From: Chrysomallon squamiferum
Lineage: Eukaryota > Animalia > Mollusca
Assembly: GCA_012295275.1 (NCBI GenBank)
Contig: CM022670.1
Location: 13,082,001-13,146,000, forward strand
Reading direction: 5' to 3'
DNA: 64,000 nucleotides
In this document: one piece after another, positions 28,201-44,116 of the stretch
How the letters are laid out: every line of letters starts with the position of its first letter
How positions within the stretch are numbered: the stretch's first letter is position 1
Position numbers and translations under genes: made by a program
The notes under the pieces: model-generated
What the model saw: the letters and a program-made list of their open reading frames with translations, nothing else
What the model was told of the DNA's origin: nothing
Database searches by the model: none

Positions 28201-31200
28201 TATTATTTTCACAGTTAATGTCATTTTGTTCACCTAATTTCAGATTTCACTCCAGTTATCACTTTTATCTGAATATGTCGGTCAGTAAATAAAAACAAAT
28301 TTACCAGACTCCCACTATTTCGTCAGTTCATCAAATTAAAGATAATAAAATAATTCATTAAATGTCTTCTTGTTTACTTTTTGAATTTGTGTTTTTCTTC
28401 TTATATTTGTTTATCTATTTTTGCAGCTTGTTCGAGCACATTCTCAGCTTAGGCAGTATGAGCAAAAATTTGTTACCCGACTGAAAGCAAAGAATTTGAT
28501 GTATGTTCGTCAGATTTTATTTGTACTGTCAAGTATCATTAAATATCTTGGAGGTAAATATTTTTGTTTCAAATTCATTCACATGTTTGTGAAATTTATA
28601 AGAATTTATTCAGTCTAGAAAAACTAGCTATTTAAAAAACAGTGATCATTTTAATTCTTGGATTGCAGTTTTCATTTAGATACTTTCTACCTTTTTATTT
28701 GATGTTCTAATTTTTAAGTCTGATTTGGATTTAAGACTGAATGTAGCTACATTGTTATTAATTTTAAATCCAAAGTAAAAGGGGAGTTAAGTGTGTAAGT
28801 CATATTGTCAAGTATGTTTTAGAAAAAAAAAAACTGATTAATTATAAAATATTATTTAGCAATCATTATTCTTGTACTTTCATAGTTCACAGCTATTTAT
28901 TTGTTATAAACTTTCCTCTAATTAACAGGTAGCACAGAAAAACCTGCAGATAAACAAACACTTGCTAAATCAGGTGAGTTTTGCATCTTTCATCTTTGTT
29001 TTATTCATTTGTTATCACATATTAACAGCAATTGAGAAAAAAAATCTTAACTTTTCTTTTACTTTCTTTATATTTATTATTTGTTGTTGTTTTTTTGTTT
29101 GTTTTTTTAAATTTTTAAATTTTATTTTATTAGTTATTTATTTATTTGTTATTTTTAAGGAACCAAACTCTTGACAGTTAATGATTTTCTGTTTGACTCC
29201 AAACTTGACAACATGAATCTGTTTAAAGTTATTCACTATTGTCAGAAGAGCTCCATTAGTCGGAAGGTAACTCTGTTTTAACCATTTTTAATCTTTTTTT
29301 AATCCTTTATTAAATAATTTGCTATTTGTCATAAGATGTTCCTCAGTATTAATTAACTGACTGTTGCACTGAATATTTATTATTTATTTATTTTCTTGAA
29401 CTTAAGAGAAAATGATAACAAATATTTATTAGTATTTAATTTTTTAAATGATAATATTATATCTTTATTGTTGTATATTTTTTTAACCTTATTTCATGTC
29501 TTTCTTTCATTTACCCTTTTAATTTTCTTTTTTTTATTATACTTTTTATTTACTTAAATTATCTTTAAAAGATTAAAATGGTATATATCTTTTTTTCTAC
29601 AATATTTGCTAGAAATTTTTGCTTATCATAAACCTGTTAAATCAGATTGCTTTTTTTTTTTTTCACTATTTTTTTGCTATTATATTACAGTTACATGGGT
29701 TTGTGGAAAAATATGCTGTAACTGATGTTGTTCCTGGTAAGTTTTAAATACTTTTTGTTTGTAATTTTTAAAATTTAATTTCATATCTGTATATTTAATC
29801 AGTTTGTTTAAACTGGTATCTTGTAGCAGTTGTCATGGTTATAAAATTTTTTTTTTTTTTTCACAGTTGCCACAAAAGAAGAACCAGTCAAATCTGGTGT
29901 GTCCAAATTTTTGGAAGAAATTAAACAAAACAGAGACAAAAATACTATTAAAGAAAATCCAGGTAATGAAAGGAAAATAATAATAATTATTATGAGGTAG
30001 GCATTTTGTAGCAGATCTTTAATTTATCTTATTTATTTATTTATTTAAATTTAAATTTTTTTTTTCTTTCTTTGACTTTTTTTTTTTGTTGTTGGTTTAT
30101 TTTTTTTTGGCTTTCTGTTTTAAATGTTTTAAAGCAATATGACAAGATATGAACATTTAGATAATTTTGATACAGTTTATTTTCCTAATATAGTTTCTTA
30201 TTGCTGCTAATTGTTTGGTTATTATTACTGTTTTTGTTGTTTTTAATATATATTTTTGGTCTTTATTTAAAATAGCTTTCTTTGTATCAATTTCTGCATG
30301 ATTATTTATTACCTTCTGTTGTTTTCAATGTTTTATTTCTTTTCCATTTTGTTTATATATATATATTTCTTGCTTTTTTCTTTTAATTTTTCTTTTAATT
30401 TTCTTTTAATTTTTCTTTATGTATTTTCTTTATTGATTTATTTAATTTATTCTTCTTTTTTTTCTCTCTCTTCATTTAAAATTTCAGCAGTAATAATAGG
30501 CAAAGACCCAGATGAAGTGACCTTGACATTCAGTTCTCCACTGATGCATATTGAAGGTTTTCTAGCTGCACTAACTAATGCAGACAAAGATGGGCGTATT
30601 GTTTTGACAAAACAAGGTACATCTGAACTAAAAACATTTTATCTCCCTCTACCAAGTGTTCCTTTTTCAGTAAAAAAAAAAAAAAAAAAATGTTATTGCG
30701 TACATTAATTATATAAATGTAAAAATGAAATGACAACATATTTATTTTATCAATTTAAAGTATTTAATTCAATTGTTAATTTCTTACAAATAAATTGAAT
30801 AGACTGTTTTTGGAGAATTTCACATAAAGGAAATTCACAGTAGTTAATTTACAGTTAGTTACTTTTAATTCAAAATTAACTAAAAAAAAGTGGAAATTTT
30901 AAAAAGATATATATATATATATATATCAGATTACAAACGTAAGAATTGATCTTTAACACATAGAATGTTTTTAAATTGTTTTATTTTTATTTTTATTTTT
31001 TTTAATACTTCATTTTTTTATTTTTATTTTTTTTAAATTTCCAGTTCTTCTAAGTCAGTCAACACTGAAATTTTTGCTGTTAAACCCTGCTGTGCATTTT
31101 TCTAGTGTGCTTCTTGATGCCAGAGCTGTTATCGTAGCTGGAGGGACTATGCAGCCAGTGAGTATATTCATTAACGTTTATTTTAAAACTGTGTAAACAT

Positions 31201-33892
31201 TCTTTATTTGTCTCTATTTTGTATGGATGTTCTTGGGTTTTTCTTTGGGTTTTTTTTTTGGTGGAGTGGTGATATGATCCTGCTTACATTTTAGATTTGT
31301 TTAATTATAATTATTTTATTTTTAAATTGTGAATTTTTATATGGACGGTCATGTAAGAACATTTTTAGTGAAATTTAGCTAGTGGAGGAAAGAAACATAA
31401 TGAGATACAATACCCCATATTTGTTTGTTTCAGTTAAACAATGAAATTATTAAAATAATTACATGTACATCTCATTTACAGAGAAAATATTTTTTTAAAT
31501 CTACTTGATCAATTATAAAATGCATAAATTTATCTCCCTTTATTTATCACTGATACTATTAGCATTAATTTAATTTACTTTTTAAATTTTTAATATTTCT
31601 TCTATTTATTTTTGTATTATTATTTATAGTTATCTGAATTCAAAGAACAACTTTTCTATGCAGCAGGAGTTGAACCAGAGAGAATAATGGAATATTCTTG
31701 TGGTATGTTGAAATATTTTTAATGAAAGTTAAATGTCGCTACATAATTCATTCGTGTTTGTGCACGTGCATACAGACATGCATTTACTTACTTTTCAAGG
31801 GAAAAAAATATTTATTTATTTTATTTTTTATTTTTAAAATTGCAGGACATGTGATTCCACCAAATCATCTGTTACCACTTACAGTAAGTTCAGGACCTAC
31901 AGGAGTGGAGTTAGACTTTACTTACCAGTCCAGAGACAATCCATCGCTGGTAAGTACTCAACACTTTTACATTTATTTTATTAGTGTTTCATTAAATTTT
32001 TTAATTAATTTCTTCATTTTTGTTTTATTTTTTTAATTTTGCTGAAAACATTTATTTTTTTTTTTTTTATTACTTTCTTTTTTCTGTTCTTTCCTAGTGT
32101 TATTTTTTTTTCTTATCTTCTTTTTTACTTTATTATTTCTATATCTTTTCTTTTTTTTAATCATTTAATTTTTATTTTGTTTATAATTGGTTTCATTACT
32201 TCGACTTTTTATATTCTTAGTTCCTTTTTCTTTTTTCTTATTATTACTTTTTTCTCCTTTTTTTTATCTATTTATTTTCATTATTAGTTTTCATTATTAA
32301 TTCCTATTTATTTAATATTTTTCTATATTTTGTTTTTATTATTATCCTTTAAAAAGCCACTTTATAGTTGTTGTTTTTTTTTTCCCATTTTTTATTTCAG
32401 TTTCATTCTCATTAATATATTTTTTTATTATTCTGCATTTACTTTTTGTTTTCATTATTTGTTTTCTTTTTTTTTCTTTTTTTCTTTTTTTTTTCAGTTT
32501 ATTCTTTCTTTTTCATTGCATTTTTTTTTTTTTATATTTCTTTTCATGAAAATATTAGTTTGTTTTATCTTCGGTTTCATTTTTCTTTGTTTTTTTATAT
32601 TGTCACACTAATCAACAGCATAATACAATAATACAGTTTCTTTCATATTTTTATTTTTTTATTCTTTTATTTTATTACATGCAAATACACAGGTATTGCA
32701 GGTTTGTGCAAAATCATATTTTTGTCAATTATATATACAGTTTTACTGTGTCATATTCTTAAAATTAATGTGTTTTTATACAAGTCATTTTATGCCATTG
32801 ATTCTCATTTTAACAGACCACTAAATCTGTTGATGATAAAAAACTGATTTCATCATACAAACTTTTATAAGTTGAGATGGAAGGGGTTGACAAAAACAGC
32901 TTGAGTTTCAGGGTGTTCGATCATTCAGATTTTAACTATTTAGTGTAGTTCTGTTGATGAGTACAGTATGTTTCATAGTTCATGAAACACAAAGTAAATA
33001 ACAAAATAAATAAAAGACGAATTAATTTGACATAAATATGCACACACCTAAATTATGTACATATTTATGAAAATGTATTTATTGAGGTATAAAACAGCAA
33101 AAACAGACAATACATACAGATGCATACATTACTGGAAATAAATATCAAGTTTGTGTATTTTTGGATTTCTAAACTTGGCAGAAGATAATCAATTTGTACT
33201 GAAGTTCTAATAGCACTAGATATACAGAACAAATACTTTAATTCACAAACATTCTTCAAAAAAAAGACACTATAACTAAATTAGTAATTGATACATGTAC
33301 TTATAAATATTATTTCTGCCATAAATATGACAATGAACAAACATTAATAATCATCAGTCCAAAGTATCATTATTGAAAAAAGTTAATAATGAAAGACTGT
33401 TTGCGTGGTATATTAGTAAATCATCTTTCATTACAGTGTCTGTAATTCCACATCAATCTGTTGACCTTTCAGATGCCAATTTCTGTTAAATCAGTTCTTT
33501 GGGACCATAAAAGATTTTGAGGTTTTTGCAGTTTGATTATTCAAAGGCCATTATTACTAATTATTACTAACTTGCATCAGAGCCAAGTGAAATCAGACTT
33601 TCGATATAAGAGATCAATGTTCTTGACAAACCAATGCTTCAGTTATCCGTGTTTGACTGTATTTCATTAAAATACGTTATAGTCAAGTAAAGTTTACTAG
33701 GGTTTAGTCTTGTAAAACTTGTAGGTTTTTCAGTTGTACATTTGTTTTTGAGTTCATTTCCAGTTCTTTTATACAAACAATGTCAAATAAAAGCATCTCA
33801 TATTCATTAAATTTCCAATTCTTTACATTTTGTAACACCTGTTAAGGAAGAACTAAATGACATTTTGTGGTAAGTTCCTTTATTTATTGTTC

Positions 33893-33935
<43 letters not shown>

Positions 33936-36872
33936 TAAACCTTTACATTGCAGTCATTTACATTGCTGACATAGTGATTTAAAATAAAGTCTACTTGCAT
34001 TACCTCTTACGAGGCAGTCCTACAATTAAGCCTAAATAAAATAAACCCCTTTTCCAGACATCTGTATACTGCAGCCACTGTCTTTAAAACAAGTTCATTG
34101 TGTAAACAATTTCAAGCCTAAATTAAATCAAAGTTTATTTCCCATATTCCTGTTCAATTAGAACAGTGTCCTTTAAAATTTACATAAATATTTTTTTATT
34201 ATTATTATTTTTATTTTTATTTTTTTTTTTTGAAATTCCCCAAAAGCTATTCTAAATAAATACTCAAACATTAATTTTTATATATGTGTATAGGCAACAA
34301 TTTTTAATAAGGAAAAAAAAAATTTAATAAAATAATTTCTTAGCTATTTTTAATCTCTTGTTGTTCAGCTACAGGTCTATGATGTAGACCATCAGGTCAC
34401 ACTGTTCTCCTGCTTGTAGTAAATGTGACCCAGTAGCTGTAATAGTGTGATAGCACTGACATCAGCACGCTGGGAGAGGCCATCACAGAGCAGACTTGAC
34501 CTACAAGCTTAAAAGTCCGCTTGCAACACTAAGAAAATGGGTGAAAGTGTCTGGGATGGTCCCGCAGTATTCCTGTACTTTTACCACAATAAAGTTACCA
34601 CAGTAAAAAAAAAAAAATAATAATAATAAAAAAAATAAAGATGAATTGTTGTGGTCTGCATTATTATTTTAAGTGGGAGTCTTTTTATTTCTTTATTTTT
34701 TTTTTTTTTTTTTTTTTTTTATTGTTCTTTATTTATTTATTTATTCTTTTTATGTCACCCAATAAAATAACAATTTTTTAAAGTTTTTAATATTCTTCAA
34801 TTGAGTGGATCAATTAAGTGAGTGTATATTGTGTTTGGCACTTGTTTGATTTAATATCTGATTTTTTTTTTTATTATTTTTTTTTTTTTTTCACAAAAAT
34901 TAAAGAAAATGAAAAGATAATCTAGAATATCGAAATGTTTCCTTATTCCTGATATAACTTTTAACCTGAATCCCCTGTCAGTTACTAAATGGATTGTTCC
35001 AGTGTCACTGAATTATGGGGTAACTAAATCTAAAAATTAGAAATAAAATACAAGAATCTTTTAGGATTATGCCATTTTAAGGGGAAACAATTTCAGCATC
35101 TACAGACTTTGGTTAAGTGGACAAGTCCATTTTAATAAACAAATTGTTCACTTTTTTTTTTTTTTTATGAAGTTTGTTGAACAGTAGACTTTCTAAAGAT
35201 CAGTTGTCAGTTATGTAGCTGAAGTTTTATTTTATCTTATTTTTTTATTTATATTTTTCCCCCCTCATGGCAGTTTGTGAAAAAGAAGAAGAATATCTAT
35301 GCTACATTTCTGTTTTAATGTGAATGGCTTTTTGAATTTTATTATTTCGAATATCTGACTTTCCCTATTTTCACTTTTTTATTATTATTATTATTATTAT
35401 TTTTTTTTTTTTTTTTTTTTTTTTTGAATATATATATATATATATTTTAATGGCCGAAGTAATAAACAAAACATGATAATAGGTTCATTTTAATTTAAAA
35501 AAATAAAAATTATAATAATAATAAATCAGTTTAGTGATATATGTTATTACATATATATTCTCACACAAACACAAACCATAGCATAGAGCCATTTCTGATC
35601 AGGCAAGGTTATTGATTTTACTACAGCATTAATTATAATACTTCTGATAATCATACTTGTACTGCAGAGATTAAGTACAGTTACTATTGATTAAAATGAT
35701 GTCCCATTATCAGACAGATTCTAGAATGACGTAAGGCCATTTAGAGTATTGACTCATCCAAAAGTACACCATGACACAGTTACCGTTCTTGCATGTGTCA
35801 TGTCCTTTACAGTTCTAATTCTTTTCGTTTTTCTTTTTTTTTCTTTTTTTTTTTTTTTTTTTTTATTTTTTTTTTTTTTTTATTCTTTGCTTACGTTTTT
35901 TCTTTCTTTTTTGCTTACGTTTTTTCTTTCTTTTGTATTTTTCTCTAATCTCATTTTTTCCTTATTTCCTTATTTATTTATTTATTTTAAATAAAAAGAT
36001 AATTATAAAAATATATTTATAACAATAGCAACAGCTGTACTATTAATTTCATTTTATATACGTTCTTGTCAGTTCTGTTTAGTTTAATTTATTATTATTT
36101 AATTTTTATTTAATTGATATTAGAGTTTGATTTTTGTTAATGATGTTGATAATAATATGGTATTAATACTGGTACAAAATATAATGTTGCAAAAAAATAT
36201 AATAATATTGACAGAATACAATTAATATAATTAACATATTTTTTTTTACATTTTTTTTAGTTTATCTTATTTATACAAAATTATATTTATTATTATTAAT
36301 ATTAGGCCTATATCATTATATGAGATGTACACTAATGATAAGGATTAATTTCTTAGGTATGGATGTTTTGTTTTAATAAGTTTGTAGTTTTGACTGAGGC
36401 CAGAAATTGGTGGATTGACTTTTTTGTATTTTAATATATATTAATTGTAGCAGATTTTTTATTTGTTGTTTTCAAATTACAAGGGAAAAAAAAAAAAAAA
36501 AAAAAAAAGATTTTAAATGACTGTTAACATTTCACACCTGTTAATAAAACATGAAAAGAACTAAATTTAGATACAAAAGAAAATCTCAGACATTCAAACC
36601 ATGGGGCATTCTCACTTGCATTCAGAGGAGTATAAATAGTCTTAAAATATCTGCTGTTAGTCATTAACACTAAAAAAAAAGATCTATCACCCCTACAGTT
36701 AGGCTAGTTCACCTACAAATAAAGAATGATCCAAAATCTGATCTGAGGGTTAACATGGACACCATCAGTGGATTCTGATTAATCACTAATCATTTGTTTA
36801 CTGTTAATAGGGATGGTAACACAGAATGATATTTTTTAATGTTTTATTTTTGTTGTTGTTTTTTAAGTTTCT

Positions 36873-36915
<43 letters not shown>

Positions 36916-39000
36916 AAACAAAAAAAATAGTCATAGTAGTAATGGAAATAGTATTTTAAATTACTCATTTTAACCTGGTTCAGATTCTAGAAATTGTGTC
37001 TGTCACAATAATTAAATATGGTGTATTTTTTATTTTATTTAAAAAATATATATATATTTTTTTTTTCTTTTATGTTTACTATTCATACAAGAACTAAACA
37101 GTAATAAAATGTCTTCAGTGGTAACTTTCTATGTTGACTTTCTTTTTTTTTTCACCATTAGCTGCAATCAATCAAACTTTTAAATTAAGTTACCCATAGA
37201 GAAACCAGTGCATATGATTTCATTTGTTACAGCATTCCTGCTGGGATGGGAAACACATGAATGGTAGACCAACAAGACTCAGATTTAATGAATTAATTTA
37301 CTTGGGATAGATAATGAATCTATTTTTATTCTTTGAATAATTTACATATATTTTACTATTTCACTTAGTGACTGAAAGCTGAGCTACATAGTCAGTGGAT
37401 CTTCTCTTTGGAGCAGCAGAGCTTTTAAAAAAAACAAGATGATCATATTGATTTCAGGAGTGGCTATAATTAACTCAACAAGCCTTTTTTTTTTCCAAAT
37501 CTATTTCCATAACGGCCCACAACTTCTCCTGCCTTAAAATAAATATGTCAGTTAATTTGAATCAGTTACTGCTTAATCTTATCTCACCTTAGTGTACCTT
37601 TTACCATACAAACATATTTTTATTTTTAACTCAGGCCTATATAAAGGCAACCGACATTATTATTATTTTTAAACTTTCCTGCTTTTATTTTTTTTTATTT
37701 TTGATATATATATATATGTGTCATAAGTGTTGTGTACACGTTTGACATTTTAAACTGGTGAACACAGAATTGAGCTCTGAGCTGTCAGCACGGGGGCTAT
37801 CGACCGAATAACCTTAATGTGTACAGCCAGTCGGTTATTGGGTTAGCGTCTATCGGGCTACTGACCTTATGTGGCCTCTATTGCCCTGCATATTATGGTC
37901 ACAACGATCTCTGTCAAGACACTGTGTCCCATATAACAGGTTCTTAACCTTTACCTGGGCAAGGACCATCACGAAACTGGCCGTTCTGTTACAAAGCTGG
38001 CCTGGACCATTGCAAAACAGGATAGGTTCACTGACCAACATTTGTCTGGGCGGGTCTGGTGGTGGTAAATAACAGAAATGGTTTTAGTTCGTGAGGACAA
38101 GGCTGAGTATATTTAACTGAGAGGAAGATAAATATACTCTAGGGTCAGTTTATTTTTGCGGCTTTATATATGGAAGAATAGTGTTGATGGATTTTGTTAA
38201 AAAAATAAATAAAAAGGATTGACAAAAAAAAAAAAAATGATTGAAGATGATTAAGTAAATTACATTTCTGCTTTATGGTGTACGTAAAATGAGACCTACT
38301 AAAGTGATATAGCAATTATTTTGAAATAAATGTTTGTCTCTGTGTCATCTTAATGTTTACTTTTGTGTAAGAATGAAATAAGACACACACTTTAATTTTA
38401 TTTTGGTTCTTTTATGACAGTTGTATAATATGATTTGCAGACACAAACTATTTTTTTTTTTTTTTTTTTAACCTGTTTATTTTTTAAGAACATTCTATAT
38501 CAGATACATTTTGATCTGCTGATGTGCTACAAAAAAAATGTATCCTTGAATACAAAAAAAAAATTAAATTAATAAATACTTGACACAATAATTAATGTAT
38601 TGCTTATTACAGTTATTCAGTGGTTTGAGCTGCCTTGATTGCGACAAAAACCATTCAAAATTTTAAAAATAGCTGATTCATTTTTCTGCATATTTAAAAA
38701 CAAAAGTTAATTAATATCATTAATTTATTTTGGATTCTTTTTCTTTAAAACAATTGTCTTATTTTCTTCTTCTGCTTCTTCTTCTTCATTAGTATTATTA
38801 TTATTTGTACTTTTATCCAGTGTATCATGATAACAGATCAAGGGATAGTTGTTTTGAAGGACAGTCAGATGAAGAGAGATGTTTATTTGATGCAGCCTTG
38901 ACACAGAAATTAGTGATATAAAGAACACTACTGAAAATAATCACAACATATTTAGAGAAAAAAACTGTCATGTTTTTATAATTTAATCACTTCAGTTTGT

Positions 39001-39054
<54 letters not shown>

Positions 39055-39788
39055 CTTGTATGACAGTATTTGTTACCAGTTTATTGTAAATTCCTTGTAC
39101 TTTTTAACATAATCATTACCAAAATTACGAATGGAAATTAAGAACAACCTATTGCTTCAACAGGGGGTGTTGGATTGTACTCTTACAGATATGGGATGGG
39201 TTTGGAACCAAAATGATTATTGATTAGTCACTGACATGACTTGGTATGGTCCAGCCGCTTTGTTTAAATTTCTCAGTTAGGTTAATGAATGCAAGATAAT
39301 TTTTCAGGTTAGTGTGTTTTCCTCGCTTTGGTCAGGATAAGGTGACATTTGGTACAATTTGTGTTTGAGAGTGAAATGAGTCAGTCCACCTAAATAGTGG
39401 AATAATGGTAATGCCCTTGTAACAGATTTATTTATATTTCTTTGGGATGGGAATGTGTAGGGCCTACGTGTTCATGTGTATTCTTTTCATTACTTTTTTT
39501 TTTTTTTTTTTTTAAAATGTTCCTATTAAAAGACAATTTTTTTAATATGAATTTATTTTCATAATATTATTTATTTATTTACTTTAAAATTTACTATTTT
39601 ATGATTTGTTATTATTTATTTTTATTATTATTTTATTTATTCACATTATACATTTTTACTGCTCACCTCTTACATTTACTTTCAGATCCAACACTTTAAT
39701 GAAATGATAAATATTTCTAAGTTCTATTATTATTATTAAATAATATTACTTTTTTTTCTTATTTTTTTATTTAAAAAAAAAAAAAAAA

Positions 39789-39832
<44 letters not shown>

Positions 39833-40172
39833 CAGGAAAACTGTAACAAAAACAAACTAATAAACAGGAATGATATTTGCAACATACCAATTTCAAGATA
39901 TGCTTGAATATGTGTATATTAAAAACTGAGCAAGAATTAAAATCTTATATCTTCATTTAATCAACGTATGTTTCAATGCCACTTACGTAATGCTAGAAGT
40001 TAAATGTTTTCTGTAATACATGAGTCGAATATTGATTTGTATCAGCTTGGAGAATGTGGGATAATCCATTTCAATTCAGTCAGTTGGTATTCCTCTACAA
40101 TTTGGACTCTTCTGTGTTTAATATTATTGTCCTGATGGGGTTTTTTTTTTCTTCTTTTTTTTTTTTTTTCTT

Positions 40173-40205
<33 letters not shown>

Positions 40206-43187
40206 CTTCTTAAAGGAAAATAATTACAACATGGATAGATTATGGTCATTACCTTCAAACCCAGATCAAAGTAACCTTATAATTAGATACAGAGATTGTG
40301 TCGGAAACATGGTAACCTAAAAACAGTATTTTTACATCGCAGACCAGTCCACTGTTCAATTTGTAGGTAGCAAAGGTTACTGAGCCTTTTCTCATTCTTC
40401 TTCTTTTTTACTTAATTTTTTTCTTTTTTGTTACTAAGATGTCTAATAAATTTACAAAAAAAAAAATGTAGCACTAACTCATAACAGAATATTTTGATTA
40501 TGTAAGGAATTTTGGAGGGGGATTCTTTTTTTAATTTTTTGTATGATATATATATATATATTATAAAATGAAAAACAGTATTTGAAATAAAAATCTTTAC
40601 TTCTGCACCTGTTCGGATGGAACATTCCACAAGCTACTGTAGACAGCTGCTAGGCTGGAGCTGGCTATGTTTGATTTGTGGATGTAGGTGAGTGTGAAAG
40701 CAACTGAATTGTGTCAGGTGGCACTACAAGTGGGTCTTCTTGCTGTGTTTATTGTGCGGAAATAATCTATTTACGTCTGCTTGCTCACAAATGGCAGAAG
40801 ACAGATCAGTGGCAGAAGAGTCCATTTTTTTCTAGAATAAGAACAGCCCAATTAAACTGTTATAGTGATTGTTGTCTTGAGATGCCAAAGACCTAGGGTT
40901 CTCTTCTTATCAGTGGGGATCTCTTATATTTTTCAAAATATTACTTTCCAAACACATTATGACCAGATAGGCTGCTTATGTTATTAGAAAAGTCACTAAT
41001 TTTTATTAATTATTATTATCAATAAAAACAGGATTGATTGCTAGAATACTAGTGATAGGACACCACAAAGTCAGTTCACTAATCAAACTATTTCCCATTT
41101 CAGTTCTGTGACTGATTTGGTGGTAGGTGCTTTCCTTCAAGGGAAAGTCTATAAAAATATTTATTGCGACAGTTACTGGGTGGTGTGGAGTATGAGTGTG
41201 TGTATATGCCTGTGTTTCTCTTGATGTTTTTTTTATTGTTGTTGTTTAAAAAATAAAAATTAAAAATTAAAAATAAATATTTACAAAATATTTTTCTTCA
41301 AAAACAAATGTTTTCTCAAATAATTTTTATACGTGTTTTTAAACAATTCTAAACAAACAACTTATTTTAATAATAAAATTAAATCCTTCATCTTTTTTCT
41401 TTTCTTTTTCTTTAAAAAAAAAAAATAATAGTAATAACAATATTCATTGTACCTTTAAAAAAAAAAAAAAAAAAAAAAACATTTGAAACGTTTGAAAAAG
41501 AAGTTTTATAAAAAAAAAAAAAACAAGGCTCCAAAGAGAACTAATCCTGCTGTTTATGTACTGACTTAACCCAGTTTGCTTGGTAAACAAGCAGTACAGA
41601 AACACACAGCCATAGTGCACTTGACTGCCATCAGAGTTCACACTGTCCCAGTCATTTTGTACTACAATTTGCACTCTTTAGTGAGTGGACCAGTCCATTA
41701 TTTATAGCCTCGTGAAAATGAGACTCTTTATGATAAATAATTAAAATAGTCTCACACCACTGCCTCCCCTCCCTATTGGATTTCATTTTGGCAAAGTCCT
41801 ATAGATTTATACCGTCTGCTTGGTTGCTGTGGTAATTTTTTATTAATAATTGGTTGTTTCTGCTTTGATAGAAGTGAGATATGTAATTTGTTGTATTGAT
41901 TATTATTATTATTATTATTATTAATACTATTATGTCATTATTTTATTATTATTATCATTTGTTGTATTATTATCATTATTATTAATACTACTACTGTTAT
42001 GCCATTATTTTATTAATATTATTAATGCTGTTACTGCTTTTTTTTTATATAAACATTTTTCAGTTTTCTCTTCTTGATTTTATTAATGATGTTTAATAAT
42101 TTGAAGTGAATGTTGTTATAAAAAATAAAAATAAAATTTTGTAAAGGTTGTTTGTGTCTGAAAGAGAGTTTAGTGAACATTTTAATTTATAAATTTATAA
42201 ACACATTTAATAATGGTTTGAAAATCAAATACAGATGTAGCAGTTTGAAGTAAAAAGGAAGTACCTGCCCACAGAAATATTTCATTAGAGATCTCATAAT
42301 TTGATCATTATGAACTGCAATAGTCTGAACTGTAATTACTTTGTATCATGGATTTTTATGGTTGACTTGAACTGATAGCAGGGTAAAAGTTATTAAACAG
42401 AAATTAAAGCAATGAACAAAATGAATTTAAACATAAATTTTAAAAATGTTAAATACATAAAACTATAAATTTGAATATCCTTGAAAGTAAAGGTCTGTTA
42501 AATACTTTTTCATATATATATATACATACATACAGTGGTACTTCGAGTTACAAGTACTCCAAATTATGAGTTTTCCAAGTTATGAGGAGTTATCCAGTTG
42601 ATTTTTTGCTTTGAGTTGTGAGCAAGCTTTAGATATGCCACTGCTAGTTGGCGCAACAAACAGCACAACATCTACCCAGCATCCTGTGTCTCATTTGTTT
42701 GCTTCACATGGTTACCTCACCATGGAAACATCTCTGTTGTGTTGTGCTCAGGTTTTGTGGAACGGATTAATGGTATTTCAGTTAATTTCAGTTGGGAAAA
42801 CTGATTTGATATAGGAGCAAATTGAGTTACGAGTTCAGTCACGGAATGAATTAAACTTGTAAGTCAAAGTACCACTGTGTATATATGTATGTGTGTATAT
42901 ATCTATCTATATATCTATCTATATATATATATATATATATATATATTGTGTTTCTTTGTCTTAATCTTTTTAATTACTTCTATTTTAACTAATTTCCTGT
43001 TCCAGCTTGATGAACTGGGTAGACTGATTGCAAATGTGAACAATCTGGTACCAGGGGGTGTTGTGTGTTTTTTCCCATCCTACGACTATGAAAGAAAAGT
43101 TTATACTCACTGGGAGAAATCCGGTTTTCTCAACCGACTGGCTGCTAAAAAGAGGGTTTGTATTCATTATTTGTTATTTTATGTCTA

Positions 43188-43221
<34 letters not shown>

Positions 43222-44064
43222 GTGTGTTACTCAAAATGTGGAAAGATGTTATATAACTCATAATAGCATTTGTATTTTTTTTCTATTATTTTTTTTTAAT
43301 TTGTTTAGTATTTTTTACCAGAAAAATACAACAGATTAAATTATAATGACTATAAATTTTTGTAAAACATCAAATTCCAAACAAATATTTGTTTAATTAT
43401 TATTATTTTTTTTTTTTTTTTGATTTACTCAATGTAATGTTAAGTAAAAAATAAAAAATTATTTTGTGAATGTTTTATGCTTTTACTTTCACAAACAGTC
43501 TTTTAAGAATTTTTGTTTTCACCCAGAGAGAGAGAGAGAGAGAGAGGTCCTGATTAACTGAGTCAATCATTATAAAATTGCTGTTGCTAATTTTTATCAG
43601 TATACTTTTTTTTATAATCAAATAGTGGTTGTGAAAAACAAACAACAGCAAATATGTCGGAATTATTTAAAAAAAAAAAAACTAATCCATTAGCTCATAT
43701 TGTCATATTTTTGGCAGGTGTTTCGAGAACCAAAGAAAACCACACAGCTTGACCAGGTTTTAAAAGAATATTCCAACTGTATTGAGGTAAACAATAATGA
43801 AAAGTTACATAAATATTTTTCTAAATTGTTATTTTTGTCTATTATTGTTATTTTAGTGTGTGTGTGTGTGTGTGTGCCTGATTTTCACTGACATAATCAG
43901 AATTTGGAAGTAATATAGTGTGGTTATAACAGCATTTACTTTAAGGCACCCGTTCTTATCACAAACTCAATACAGATATGAATAGTGGGATAATAATATT
44001 ACATGCCATCACATTATGACTTACTAAATCATTTTGGACAATATTTTAACATGTCAATATATAT

Positions 44065-44116
<52 letters not shown>

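Noticed and set aside
28085-29345. Short shared sequence (TTTTAATCCTTTATTAAATAATTT) in two DDX11 introns
   Set aside because: Short and AT-rich; most likely a small dispersed repeat with no evidence of function.
37750-38110. Candidate miRNA or telomerase-RNA-like sequence in DDX11 intron 21
   Set aside because: TGAACACAG matches only the start of miR-317 as I recall it, with no supporting hairpin, and CTAACCC is not extended to a full template.
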